Shown one piece after another: positions 50,052 through 60,110 of a DNA stretch of 61,094 bases; position 1 is the first letter of the stretch; the number at the start of each line of letters is the position of its first letter. Source of the stretch: an uncultured virus (IMG/VR IMGVR_UViG_2061766007_000583) (Duplodnaviria; Heunggongvirae; Uroviricota; Caudoviricetes). A program made the translations under genes and the position numbers. The stretch lies in the IMG/VR virus record IMGVR_UViG_2061766007_000583; one strand, written 5' to 3'. The notes beneath the pieces are model-generated. The model did not search any database. It was not told where the DNA came from and saw nothing but the letters and a program-made list of their open reading frames with translations.

Positions 50052-50553
50052 TATTATCAGGACTTTCGATGGGAAGTATAGAGTGACATTCGAAGTGGAT
50101 TCGATTGACGAGATTAACGGACTAACTGAAGCAAGCTTGACAATCAAGAAAGCGAATCAGCATAGGAGCCTTAACGCAAATGCTTATTTTCATGTTTTAG
50201 TCGGAAAGATAGCAGACAAACTCAAAATCTCTAAAGCAAGAGCCAAGAATCAATTACTTGGCGAATACGGACAAAGAGAACTAACAGACAAAGGTCAGCT
50301 TATCATATCAGTTCGAAGCGATATAGACATGATGGAGCGAGAGGATCTTCATTGCGTGCCGGTTGGATATGCAACACTAAACGGAACAGAGTTCACTCAT
50401 TGGGCAATAGTCAGAGGAAGTCATACTTACGATAACTTTGAAATGGGTGTTCTTATTACAGGAACAGTTGAGGATGCAAAGCTTCTTGGAATAGAAGTGT
50501 TGACTCCTGACGATATAGCGAGGATGAAAGCAGTATGGAACGCAAATCAATAA
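50032..50553 (+). CDS. NinB-like recombination protein
   Basis: RSLNANAYFH..GSHTYD..EM..LI. Confidence 0.6.
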   Translation: MNGTIVDIIRTFDGKYRVTFEVDSIDEINGLTEASLTIKKANQHRSLNANAYFHVLVGKIADKLKISKARAKNQLLGEYGQRELTDKGQLIISVRSDIDMMEREDLHCVPVGYATLNGTEFTHWAIVRGSHTYDNFEMGVLITGTVEDAKLLGIEVLTPDDIARMKAVWNANQ

Positions 50554-50810
50554 TGACAGACGATTGGGAACATTGTTTCCTGTGCGGGCGAGAAGCTCAA
50601 CAAATCCATCATGTATTTAATAAGCATGACAAGAAAAGAAGTGAGAAGTTTGGCTTATTGGTTCCCTTGTGTATGGAATGTCACATGAAAGTCCACGATG
50701 AACCGTCCCAGGAGACAAACAGAGAACTCAAACAATTAGGTCAGACATACTTCGAGAGAGAGTATGGAGAGCAATATTGGTGGGATGAGTTCGGAAAGAG
50801 TTATTTATGA
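50535..50810 (+). CDS. Small HNH-like zinc-binding protein
   Basis: CFLCG..IHHVF..LVPLCMECH. Confidence 0.65.
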   Translation: MERKSIMTDDWEHCFLCGREAQQIHHVFNKHDKKRSEKFGLLVPLCMECHMKVHDEPSQETNRELKQLGQTYFEREYGEQYWWDEFGKSYL

Positions 50811-51166
50811 ATTTTACTATACCGATAGAACCGAGAACTAAAAAGAATAGTCAGCAGATAATCATTGTCAAAGGCAGACCGATGATATTTCCCTCAAAGC
50901 AATATAAAGAATTTGAAAGAAATGCCCTTTGGTTTGTTCCGAAAGACGGAATTGATTATCAGGTAAATGTCAAAGCATTGTTCTACATGAAAACAAAAAG
51001 GAAAGTTGACCTGACAAACCTTTTAGAAGCTTTGGATGATGTTTTGGTAAAGGGCGGATTACTTGTTGATGATAACTTCACGATTATAGCCGGGCATGAT
51101 GGCAGTAGGGTTTTATACGACAAGGATAATCCGAGAATCGAGGTAGAAATTGAAAGAATGGATTGA
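50807..51166 (+). CDS. RusA-like resolvase
   Basis: P.TKKNS..DLTNLLEALDDVLV..DD..DKDNPRIEV. Confidence 0.8.
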   Translation: MNFTIPIEPRTKKNSQQIIIVKGRPMIFPSKQYKEFERNALWFVPKDGIDYQVNVKALFYMKTKRKVDLTNLLEALDDVLVKGGLLVDDNFTIIAGHDGSRVLYDKDNPRIEVEIERMD

Positions 51167-51301
51167 GTCGAAAGACGGAACAATTATAGAAGCAGACGGA
51201 GAAGAAGATACTTACTTCTTTGGGAGAGAGATTCTTTATAAGAGCGAGGATCCGAAACTCAAATACGGCGAAGTGAAGATTATCGACAAGGGGGATGTTG
51301 T

Positions 51302-51712
51302 ATGGAAGTAAACGAGGGTTACAGATGGCTTTCAAGACCAAGGGCGATAGATTCCAAGATAAGACGATTAGAGAGCAAAATCGAGGAGTTAAAGACTTGC
51401 CTGGAGCCAAATGCGATTCAGTACGACAAAGAACGAGTCAATTCTTCTCCTGACGACATGACAAGCAAGATATTCGCAGAGATAGACGAAGCCGAGCGAA
51501 TGATTCACGAGCTGAAACTCGAAAAGGCATCCAATCTCTTTGAAATCAACCAAGCTATTGAGAATATCAACGATGAATCGGCAAAGGATGTGCTTAACGG
51601 TTTTTACATAGCAAAGAAGAAGATGCCGGTTATCGCTAATGAACTAAATTTCGAGTTGTCATGGTGTTACAGACTTCGAAGAATTGGAATTGAACAGTTA
51701 GAAAAGGAGTAA
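51302..51712 (+). CDS. ArpU/RinA-like late transcriptional activator
   Basis: Coiled coil then IANELNFELSWCYRLRR HTH. Confidence 0.55.
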   Translation: MEVNEGYRWLSRPRAIDSKIRRLESKIEELKTCLEPNAIQYDKERVNSSPDDMTSKIFAEIDEAERMIHELKLEKASNLFEINQAIENINDESAKDVLNGFYIAKKKMPVIANELNFELSWCYRLRRIGIEQLEKE

Positions 51713-51714
51713 TT

Positions 51715-51933
51715 ATGAAAGAGATTTATGATGATTGTGTTTCATGCGGGTTGCCTTGCCTTGGCGAATCGTGTCCCAACAGAAACATTACAAGATACAC
51801 TTGCGATAAGTGTGATGAAGAGTTCGACAATGACGAGCTTTATGTATATGACGATGAAATGCTTTGTGAGAAGTGTCTCCTGTTACAGTTTGAAACCGTA
51901 AAACAGGCAGAAGAAAGGGGCGAATATGACTAA
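51715..51933 (+). CDS. Small Cys-rich zinc-finger protein
   Basis: CVSC..C..C..CDKC..CEKC. Confidence 0.6.
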   Translation: MKEIYDDCVSCGLPCLGESCPNRNITRYTCDKCDEEFDNDELYVYDDEMLCEKCLLLQFETVKQAEERGEYD

Positions 51934-52354
51934 ATTATTAGAAATCTATAATATCCGTTTTGGGTGGTTTTTGATTTTAACTTTCTTGCCGGTGTGGGCG
52001 GGGATAATCGGATGTATCATCCAGGGCATTAAGGAAAGGAGACAAAATGGATAAAGCCGATAGAGAGAAGATCGTTAAACTCGTAGAAAGAATATGTGAC
52101 AACTATTGCGTTTACAGATGCACTTCAGACGAAGAGGGTTCTTGCCAATATATGAAAGAACATAGCGGAGAGTGTTTCCTGGATGAATTAGTGGAGATAG
52201 CAGAGAATGAATGAGTATTTCGAATCTTTGATGAATTGGAAAGTTGATTTCTTACTTACAACAATATCAGGGCGAGACATAGCACTTATCGTAATTGGAT
52301 TTTTGGTATGTCTCATCCTGTGGGCATGGAGTGACATTATGAGGGAGAACAGAA

Positions 52355-52666
52355 ATGATAGAAAGCGGAATGAAAATTAAAATCTTCCCTGATACGAATA
52401 TCGAAGCTTATTGCCGAATGATAAGAGATATGGGTTTTAACTGCCATGCGACTAACCATTATATATTCGTAGATGAGCGAAGAAGTACAGAAAAGCAAAG
52501 GACTTACGGAGAGCGAATAAGAAAAGCTCGTTTGAAGTACGGCTTTACAAGAGAAGAGGTAGCCGAGGAAATTGGAACATCATTAAGAAATGTCATTGAA
52601 TGGGAGAGCGGTTACAGAACTCCGCCCAAAGTGTACATGGATAGGATAAAGGAGTTGTTATTATGA
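52355..52666 (+). CDS. XRE HTH protein
   Basis: YGERIRKARLKYGFTREEVAEEIG..WESGYRTP. Confidence 0.75.
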   Translation: MIESGMKIKIFPDTNIEAYCRMIRDMGFNCHATNHYIFVDERRSTEKQRTYGERIRKARLKYGFTREEVAEEIGTSLRNVIEWESGYRTPPKVYMDRIKELLL

Positions 52667-53052
52667 GAACGAATTTAAAGACAAAGGATGCTACCAAGCA
52701 GATCATAATTGATTACCTGGAAGAGAACGCAAGTGATGTTCTCGTGAAGAAAATACAAAGGTGTGGCAAGACTATTGATGATTGTTGGAACTTCATAACA
52801 GATTCAGCAAGGAAGAGAGCAAAGAATAATTGCGCCTGTATAGACGATGCCGAGGTGTTTGGATGGGCGATTCACTATTTTGAAGAAGAGGGAAATGTCA
52901 AAGTAACAAAGACAGAGCCGGTTAAGGTTGTGAAAACTAAAGAAAATCTTCAGAAAACTAAAGTTGAGAAACCCAAGGCAGAAAAACCGAAAAAAGAATC
53001 TAACGATATGTTACCAGGACAAGTTACAATATTTGATTTTTGGGAGAAATAG
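52663..53052 (+). CDS. PcfK-like / AcrIIA9-family-like protein
   Basis: KTIDDCWNFI..ARK..D.EVFGWAIHYFEE, Lys-rich linker, C-terminal QVTIFDF. Confidence 0.7.
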   Translation: MRTNLKTKDATKQIIIDYLEENASDVLVKKIQRCGKTIDDCWNFITDSARKRAKNNCACIDDAEVFGWAIHYFEEEGNVKVTKTEPVKVVKTKENLQKTKVEKPKAEKPKKESNDMLPGQVTIFDFWEK

Positions 53053-53053
53053 G

Positions 53054-54328
53054 ATGTTAAAAGAAATAGGATGGGAGCCTGAAGAGGTTCACGACTTTGC
53101 GAGAAAATGGGCGACAAGTCAGACACAATACATTGGATGGATTCATGTGTGGGATGAGGATGTTACATTAAGGATTTGGGCATTTAGAGAAACAAAGAAG
53201 TATCACTTCGAGATTAGAGAAGTCGTCAGAGCTTCAACAGATGAGACAGAGGACATTATCATAAGAGATATGTACATGAATCCGATGTGTGGGTGGAAAG
53301 TGGTTTACAGACCGAGTGAAGCCAAGTGTTCAAATTGGTATGGATATACATATTATTCCTACGCAGAAGAGGATTTCAATGTATGGGAAGTCAATAACAA
53401 GGTTCCCGGTGTTCAGTATAAGATCTTAAACCTTGAAGCCTTGCAGACTGATTTCTTTAAGTATTGCGGATATAAAGACGGAGACATTATTGAATATCTT
53501 AAACTGTGGAAGAAACATCCATGTACTGAATACTTTGGCAAGGTTGGCATGAAACCAAGCAAAGCTATTATTAAGCAAATTGAGAAAGACAAAGCTTTCG
53601 GAAGATGGATAGCCAAGCAGAATATTAAAGATATGAAGTATGCCGGAAGTCAGGCGATATTGTTCGCATATCGGAACAATATGACGATTTTAGAAGCCAA
53701 GGATGTATGCCTTATCAGAAACAATACAAACTCTCGTTTCAGAGGTTGTGAAAATATTCGAAATTCGGGACTTAATTATATAAGAGTTGCAGAATACTTG
53801 GATGAGAACGGAATCGGAAGATACAACTATGATGATTACATTGAAGCGGTTATGGGACTTGGACTTGACTTAAATGATACAAAGAACACATTTCCGAAAG
53901 ACTTTAAAAGGATGCACGATTTAAGGATTTCCGAATATACAAGCCATAAGAACAAGAGAAAGAATACCGAGTTCAAAAAGGCGGCGAAACAATACATCCA
54001 ATATGAATATTCAGATAAGTCTTACTGTATTGTTATTCCGAGAAAGATTACAGACCTTGTGAACGAGGGAGATAAGTTACATCATTGCGTTGGACGAATG
54101 GGATATGATTCTAAAATGATTCAGGGAAGATCGTTTATAGCCTTTTTAAGAAAGTCCGATGATGTAAAAACTCCGTATGTGACTATCGAATATGGCTTAA
54201 AGGATAATAAGATTTTACAGATTTACGGAGATCAGGACAGTAAACCGTCAAAAGAGGTTATAAAGTTCGCTAATAAGTGGGGGAAGAGGATTAAGAATGA
54301 AATTAAGCATAATAATACCGTACTTTAA
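53054..54328 (+). CDS. PcfJ-domain protein
   Basis: YDDYI..FPKDFKRMHD..LVNEGDKLHHCVG..FLRK..PYVTIE. Confidence 0.8.
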   Translation: MLKEIGWEPEEVHDFARKWATSQTQYIGWIHVWDEDVTLRIWAFRETKKYHFEIREVVRASTDETEDIIIRDMYMNPMCGWKVVYRPSEAKCSNWYGYTYYSYAEEDFNVWEVNNKVPGVQYKILNLEALQTDFFKYCGYKDGDIIEYLKLWKKHPCTEYFGKVGMKPSKAIIKQIEKDKAFGRWIAKQNIKDMKYAGSQAILFAYRNNMTILEAKDVCLIRNNTNSRFRGCENIRNSGLNYIRVAEYLDENGIGRYNYDDYIEAVMGLGLDLNDTKNTFPKDFKRMHDLRISEYTSHKNKRKNTEFKKAAKQYIQYEYSDKSYCIVIPRKITDLVNEGDKLHHCVGRMGYDSKMIQGRSFIAFLRKSDDVKTPYVTIEYGLKDNKILQIYGDQDSKPSKEVIKFANKWGKRIKNEIKHNNTVL

Positions 54329-55973
54329 TACAGAGAAGATGACAGACGAGCTTCTTGGAGTATTGGAAAGACAAGTGACAAGGGAGTGCGAGATTGTTCT
54401 TGTGGATGACGGTTCAAGAACTCCTTATGTGCCTTACCAGGATTTCATTAAGATTATAAGAAAAGAAAATGGCGGAGTCTCCTCGGCAAGAAACCGAGGA
54501 CTCCAAAAAGCCAAAGGAGATTACATAGTATTCATTGATTCCGATGACTTGATAACAGAGGATTATATCAAAGAGATCTTCAAGGCTATCGAATCAGAGC
54601 CGGACACAGTATATCTTTCCTGGAGAAGCATAGACGGAAAATTAGGAAAAGTCATTAAAAGCGTATCCGATGAATTTAACCCTTGGAACCGATGTGTTTG
54701 GAACCGAGTATTCAAGAGAGATTATATCAAAGGACTTTCATTTAATGAGAATAAATGCGTAGCCGAGGACGACGATTTCCTTAATCAACTTCCTGACACT
54801 AACAAAAAGAGCTATGTTGAGAAACAAATTTATTTATACAGAGCCGGAAGAGAGGGGAGTCTTACTTATAGAGCAAGACAAGGAGAGTTTATGGCAGACG
54901 GAACCGAAAAGCCGAGAATCAAAGCACAAGTAGTTGTTTATTGCGCCAATATGCAAAAAATCGGCGGTATAGAAACTTGGCTATATTATTGGTGTATGAA
55001 TATGCACAAGCTTTATGACATTATAGTAGTGTTCTCCGAGAATATGGATGGGAGACAGATAGCAAGAATCTCCGAGGTGTGTCAGGTTTTAAAACTTAAC
55101 AATCATTTCATTGATTGCGATACCTTGATTAACACCAGGATAACCGACAAGATACCAATGCAGATCAGAGCAAAGAAAATAATCCAAATGGTACATGGTT
55201 GTTATTCAACATTGTTTTGTTGTGACATTCAGCCGGAAAGAGACAAGGTTGTATGTGTATCGAAAATAGTTAAAGATTCATACCAAGGGATTAAGGATGC
55301 AGAAGTTATCCACAATTTCACATATCCCAAAGAGCCAAAGAAGTGTCTTTTCCTCATTACCGCTTCACGATTCACAAGAGAAAAGGGCGGAGACAGGATG
55401 ATAAAACTTGCTGAAGCTTTAAAGAGAGCCGATATTCCGTTTATTTGGTTTGTATTTAGCCATCAGGACACAAAATTAGTTGATGGAATGGTAAAGTTGC
55501 CTGAAACGATGGATATAAGAAGCTATATAAAGAAATGTGACTATCTTGTTCAGCTTTCCGATTCCGAGGGATTTGGCTATTCAATAGTAGAAGCATTGGA
55601 AATGGGTGTTCCTGTAATAACAACTCCGATTGATGTTTTAGACGAATTGGGATTCAAGGACGGAAAAGACGGTTATGTGGTTCCGTTTGATATGGAAAAC
55701 TTAAATGTTGAACGGTTCCTGGAGATACCAAGAGAAGCTTTATACACAGGAGACACAAACGGGCATATCAAGAGCCAATGGAAGAAGCTTCTCGGCAAGA
55801 GCAATCCAACCGGCGATTATTTAAAAACAGGAAACATGGTTCAGGTAGAAATTATTGAGAATTATTCCGACATGGAACTTGGCAGAGACTTAAAAGTGGG
55901 CGAAGTTGTGAACATGAGAAGAGCCAGGGCAAACTTAATTGTCGGATGTGGTAAAGGAGTGATTATTCGATGA
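54297..55973 (+). CDS. Fused GT2 (GT-A) + GT4-like (GT-B) glycosyltransferase with small C-terminal capsid-neighbour-like domain
   Basis: SIIIPYFN, VDDGS, NGGVSSARN.G, FIDSDD (GT2); IGGIET, SRFTREKG, SDSEGFGYSIVEAL..GVPVITT (GT4). Confidence 0.88.
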   Translation: MKLSIIIPYFNTEKMTDELLGVLERQVTRECEIVLVDDGSRTPYVPYQDFIKIIRKENGGVSSARNRGLQKAKGDYIVFIDSDDLITEDYIKEIFKAIESEPDTVYLSWRSIDGKLGKVIKSVSDEFNPWNRCVWNRVFKRDYIKGLSFNENKCVAEDDDFLNQLPDTNKKSYVEKQIYLYRAGREGSLTYRARQGEFMADGTEKPRIKAQVVVYCANMQKIGGIETWLYYWCMNMHKLYDIIVVFSENMDGRQIARISEVCQVLKLNNHFIDCDTLINTRITDKIPMQIRAKKIIQMVHGCYSTLFCCDIQPERDKVVCVSKIVKDSYQGIKDAEVIHNFTYPKEPKKCLFLITASRFTREKGGDRMIKLAEALKRADIPFIWFVFSHQDTKLVDGMVKLPETMDIRSYIKKCDYLVQLSDSEGFGYSIVEALEMGVPVITTPIDVLDELGFKDGKDGYVVPFDMENLNVERFLEIPREALYTGDTNGHIKSQWKKLLGKSNPTGDYLKTGNMVQVEIIENYSDMELGRDLKVGEVVNMRRARANLIVGCGKGVIIR

Positions 55974-56132
55974 AATATAGACTAATGATAATTATGTCAA
56001 GCGGAGAATTGTTGTTTGATGGGAATGGATTAACTGCATACATGGTTATTGAGATTTTGAAGATTTTCGAAAAATATCCAATTCCTTTTGATAAGAATTT
56101 GATAATTAAGTGTTTTAATGCGGAGGATTCAA

Positions 56133-56372
56133 ATGAGTGAGATACAAGAAACATTACAGAGTATAGCGAGAAAAGGCATGGAAGAGTGTTACGAACTCGG
56201 AAAGTTTCATGGAGCCGTAAACGAACTCGAAAAACTCAAAGCTGATATGGTGGTTAAATTATGTCTTGGCAAGGAATGTGATAATTGCTTGTTCTTGCGT
56301 GGATATGGTATTTGCGAAGTGAAAGAGTTCATTGAGGATAGAATATCCGAACTGAAAGGAGAAACAGAATGA
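56133..56372 (+). CDS. Small hypothetical protein
   Basis: RBS GGAGG; Cys cluster. Confidence 0.5.
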   Translation: MSEIQETLQSIARKGMEECYELGKFHGAVNELEKLKADMVVKLCLGKECDNCLFLRGYGICEVKEFIEDRISELKGETE

Positions 56373-56519
56373 CAAATGCAGAAAAATTCAAAGAAGTATT
56401 CGGAAAAGAATTAGATGAGAGTTTAAAGTTTGATACCTCTTGTTCTTATATATCACAAATCGTTGCTTTAAGGTCTATGTATATTAAAGGTGTTGATAAT
56501 ATTGTCGAGAGGAAAAAGA

Positions 56520-57194
56520 ATGAAAATAATTGTAATGAGTTGTGATAAGAACGAAGATACATTCGAGCCGTTTCATTACTTCCTGGAAGAGTATTATCCG
56601 AATCATTCTGAAGTGATCTATTTTACAGAATCGGTTAAGAATCCATTTTATAAGACGATTTCCGTTAAGCATGAATTGAGTGAATGGACAAGAGGAGCAA
56701 GAGAATTTCTTTCCCAGGTTGATAATAACAAGGTTTTATTGATGATAGACGATCTTTTTATCAGAGAGCCGGTTGACACAAAGAGAATTGATTTGGCAGA
56801 AGAGATACTTGATTGGAGCCAAGCCGCTTGCCTAAATTTTGAAAAGTCCTGGGATAAGAACGATAAGTTTACAGAATATGTCGGATGGAAAAGAAGAGAG
56901 CATGGGAGCAAATACGAAGTAAGCCTTATGTGTGGACTTTGGAACAAAGAAAAGCTCATTCATGTATTGGATCGGAATTGTACACCTTGGGAGATAGAAC
57001 TCAAACAGGAGCCAAAGGGATATGATTATCTTATCAATTCAGGGGACTTCATAATAAATTGGGGTTATGAATATTCCAAGCCATGTAACATCATTAAAGG
57101 CAAATGGACGAGAGAATGTGTTGATTATTTAAGGAACAATGGATTTGATTTAGATTTTGATAAGAGAGGTTATTATGTGGGAAATAAGGGATGA
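56520..57194 (+). CDS. Putative GT-A-fold glycosyltransferase
   Basis: IIVMSCD..W..VLLMIDDLFI (acidic motif after a hydrophobic strand)..GLWNK..TPWEIE. Confidence 0.55.
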   Translation: MKIIVMSCDKNEDTFEPFHYFLEEYYPNHSEVIYFTESVKNPFYKTISVKHELSEWTRGAREFLSQVDNNKVLLMIDDLFIREPVDTKRIDLAEEILDWSQAACLNFEKSWDKNDKFTEYVGWKRREHGSKYEVSLMCGLWNKEKLIHVLDRNCTPWEIELKQEPKGYDYLINSGDFIINWGYEYSKPCNIIKGKWTRECVDYLRNNGFDLDFDKRGYYVGNKG

Positions 57195-57420
57195 GTACAC
57201 AGAAAAGGTTTTGTTTACCGGGACTTATGAAGAATGTTTGAGATATTCGAAAGAACATCCTGACATCAATTTCATAATGACAGAAGTAAACAAGCAAACA
57301 AAACAAAAATAAAATGTGATTTAATATAAGTGTAGAAATAGGGATTGCGAAAGTAATCTCTATTTTTGTTTGTCTCCAATGGGACGAGTTTTCCTATTGG
57401 CTCGTCCCAAGTGAGGAAAT

Positions 57421-57753
57421 ATGAATAGAGATTATATTAAACGCAGATCTGAATTATCTAAATTTTATAAATCGGCAATTTGGGAAAAAACACGAATTAA
57501 CATATTAAAGCGAGATAACTATTTATGTGTTAAGTGTGGACGACCGGCAGAGATGGTACATCACATCAAACACCTGACTCTTCAGAACATAGATGATGTG
57601 AGCGTGACTCTTAACCCTGACAACCTGATGAGCTTATGCAATGCTTGTCACTTCGAGGAACACAGGGGAGAACATAGCCAAGGGAGATTAGCCGAGGAGA
57701 GCAATCCTTATACATTTGACGAGAAAGGAATGTTGGTTCCAAAAGTAAAATGA
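57421..57753 (+). CDS. HNH endonuclease (terminase-associated, gp74-like)
   Basis: FYKS..W..RDNYLCVKC..VHHI..NLMSLCNACH. Confidence 0.88.
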   Translation: MNRDYIKRRSELSKFYKSAIWEKTRINILKRDNYLCVKCGRPAEMVHHIKHLTLQNIDDVSVTLNPDNLMSLCNACHFEEHRGEHSQGRLAEESNPYTFDEKGMLVPKVK

Positions 57754-57816
57754 ATTTTGGTTAGTGTCCCCTCACTTTTCTCTAAAATTTATAACCCTTG
57801 GAGACANNNNNNNNNN

Positions 57817-58638
57817 GCTCGCAAGTCCAGAAGCAAATATCATAGCTCTTATCTTGCCACGCTCTATTGTCGCTGTCGGCGGTGTCGTATCTATCGGATG
57901 TTCAACATAATCATAAGTAAATGAAGCTGTCGTTACTCCACCTGCTGTATGTACGGCTATTGATTGATTATCTATCCAATCTTTTAATGAGATAATCTTT
58001 GCTGTCTGTTCTCTTTCAACACTTTGTCTGTATTTAACCTGTGCCGTTACTGTAACTGTCTTATGCTGATTAGCTAATACTTCAAAGTAATTGCATAATG
58101 TTACAAACTGTTTACCTTTTGTCAGGTAAATCGTATCTTCATCGCTTTCAAGCGGTAATCCTTCAATATAATAACGGAAAATAACTTCTCCATCCGCACT
58201 CATAATCAAGGGTATTGTCGCAAGAAATACGGGAATAGTGTCATCAACTGTCGCTATTGTTATTGAAATAATCTGTGTCTCATTAAGACTTGTTATCGTA
58301 TACTCGACGGTATTTCTATGCGCATATACATAAGTCCTTGCACCGTATATCTCATTCTGTAATACAAGTGTGTTATTCCATAACCTACGGATCTGTGAAT
58401 TTGTTGAATTTAAGTCATAAGTGTAATACTGTCGGCCTTTTGTTTTAAAGCTATCCGACAATGCCTGAACGCCTTTTATCGTTCTTTCCATGAGAATTGT
58501 TGATATCGTGTTTCCGTCACTTTTGGTAAACGAAAGCATATCGCCAACTTCCACACAAGGATCGCCGTATGTATTAGCCTTAATCGGTCTGTATAAAGGC
58601 GTATCTTTAATGATGTTATATATGTTAACTACATAGGG
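57817..58638 (-). CDS. Minor tail protein fragment (third phage)
   Basis: Open frame between gaps (EVGD..ILMERTIKG); related to tail hub proteins. Confidence 0.5.
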
Positions 58639-59079
58639 AGATAANNNNNNNNNNTGAGGAACCGTGGGACGGCAACTTGCTTATCGTGGAAGAAGCACCC
58701 GTGTTCAACATGGAAGATACAGGCTTCATAAATGCGGTAGATACATTGTCAATAAGCAAGGTAACACCGACAGGCGATACGGCAAGCGATGTAGCAACAG
58801 CATGGGATTTAATCGAGTTAACTTTTGCAGGAGCTTCAGATACATTAACACTCAATACTTATGTAGAGAGTTACCGCAGAGTGCTTGAAAATGGCGATGT
58901 GAGAATTACCGAAGAAGAAGATGTTAGATACACAGAAGGAGAGTAAAACATGGCAGATATAAAGATATCCGAAATGACGAGTGCTGCGCAGGTTAACGAA
59001 ACAGATAATGTTGAGTTATCGCAGGGAAGCAGCGGGAATTTTTCGAGTGTAAAAGCAACTATCCTTGCTNNNNNNNNNN

Positions 59080-59841
59080 ATTGTCCTCAATTCCAACTTG
59101 AATTGTGACCTTGTTTGAGAAGAACTTTAAGCCTGTTATCTGCTCAACCTGATAATCTTCATACTGTAATGAACCCTGCTTATAATTCTTTCCGTATGAC
59201 TTCGTGTCTGGATTATTAAGGAAAACGTACTTGAAATGTCCTTCGTTGTTTATCTGTCCCATACAGCCGTTGCCGGAACAAATACATGTAACAACATCTT
59301 TTCCTAAAATCGTTTCCGATAATACGGTCTCGGTAATAACCATGTTGTCATTTACCAATGTGACCGTCTCTTGTGTAACTCCGAAATGTTCAAAGAACGC
59401 GTCTCTAAACTCTTTCATTGTTAACGGCAAACCGACTTCGGAATACCACTCGGAAACATCCGCGTTTATAATCTCATACAACTTGTCATACGCCGTTATA
59501 TCTCTCGATAATCTGTCGCCTGACAATGTATCTTCTCTAACATAGAACTCGCCTATTTGAAGATATGTTGAAGCTCCATAAGGTTTTATCTGCAAGAGAA
59601 GTTTTTTGTCTTTCAGCGTTCCAACTGTATTTACAACCTTGAATTTAAGCTGTGCTGCTTCGCATGAACCAAAAGTTAGCTGATCTTCGGTACATAAACT
59701 CTGCTGTAATTCAATCTGTTCCAAATACAAGTCCTGATTAGTTATTACAGCCGATAAAGTGTCGCCCGTATAAACTTCAATTCGATATTCCTTATATATG
59801 CTGTTTTGACTAAATAAACTCTGACTTGCGTAATCTATCAT
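59080..59841 (-). CDS. Tail hub protein N-terminal fragment, homologous to 29718-31700
   Basis: Shared motifs AYD.LY.I.N.DV..WY, LPLT...FR.AFF.HF..TQ, ILG.D. Confidence 0.7.
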
Positions 59842-59842
59842 T

Positions 59843-60100
59843 TTAATATCCTATAAACGCTAATCTAATCTGGTTATACTGAATTTTGTTTTGGTCTGCA
59901 TAATACAATGGGGGCTTGATATCAGGCATATACATATCCTGCGTGACATAATCATCAATTTCAGGGATATACAATGTGACCGATAATTTTCTTTCAAGCG
60001 TATTACTCATTCTGTTATACAAATTTGACATTAAACTTGCGAACTCTGTATTTGTCATAAGCGGTATCGTTTCAAACTCAACCTTGTTTGCTATATGACT
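59843..60100 (-). CDS. Distal tail protein fragment
   Basis: KVEFET..YIPE.DDY.TQDMYMPD..RLAFIGY; directly before hub gene. Confidence 0.55.
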   Translation of the reverse strand, partial: SHIANKVEFETIPLMTNTEFASLMSNLYNRMSNTLERKLSVTLYIPEIDDYVTQDMYMPDIKPPLYYADQNKIQYNQIRLAFIGY

Positions 60101-60110
60101 NNNNNNNNNN

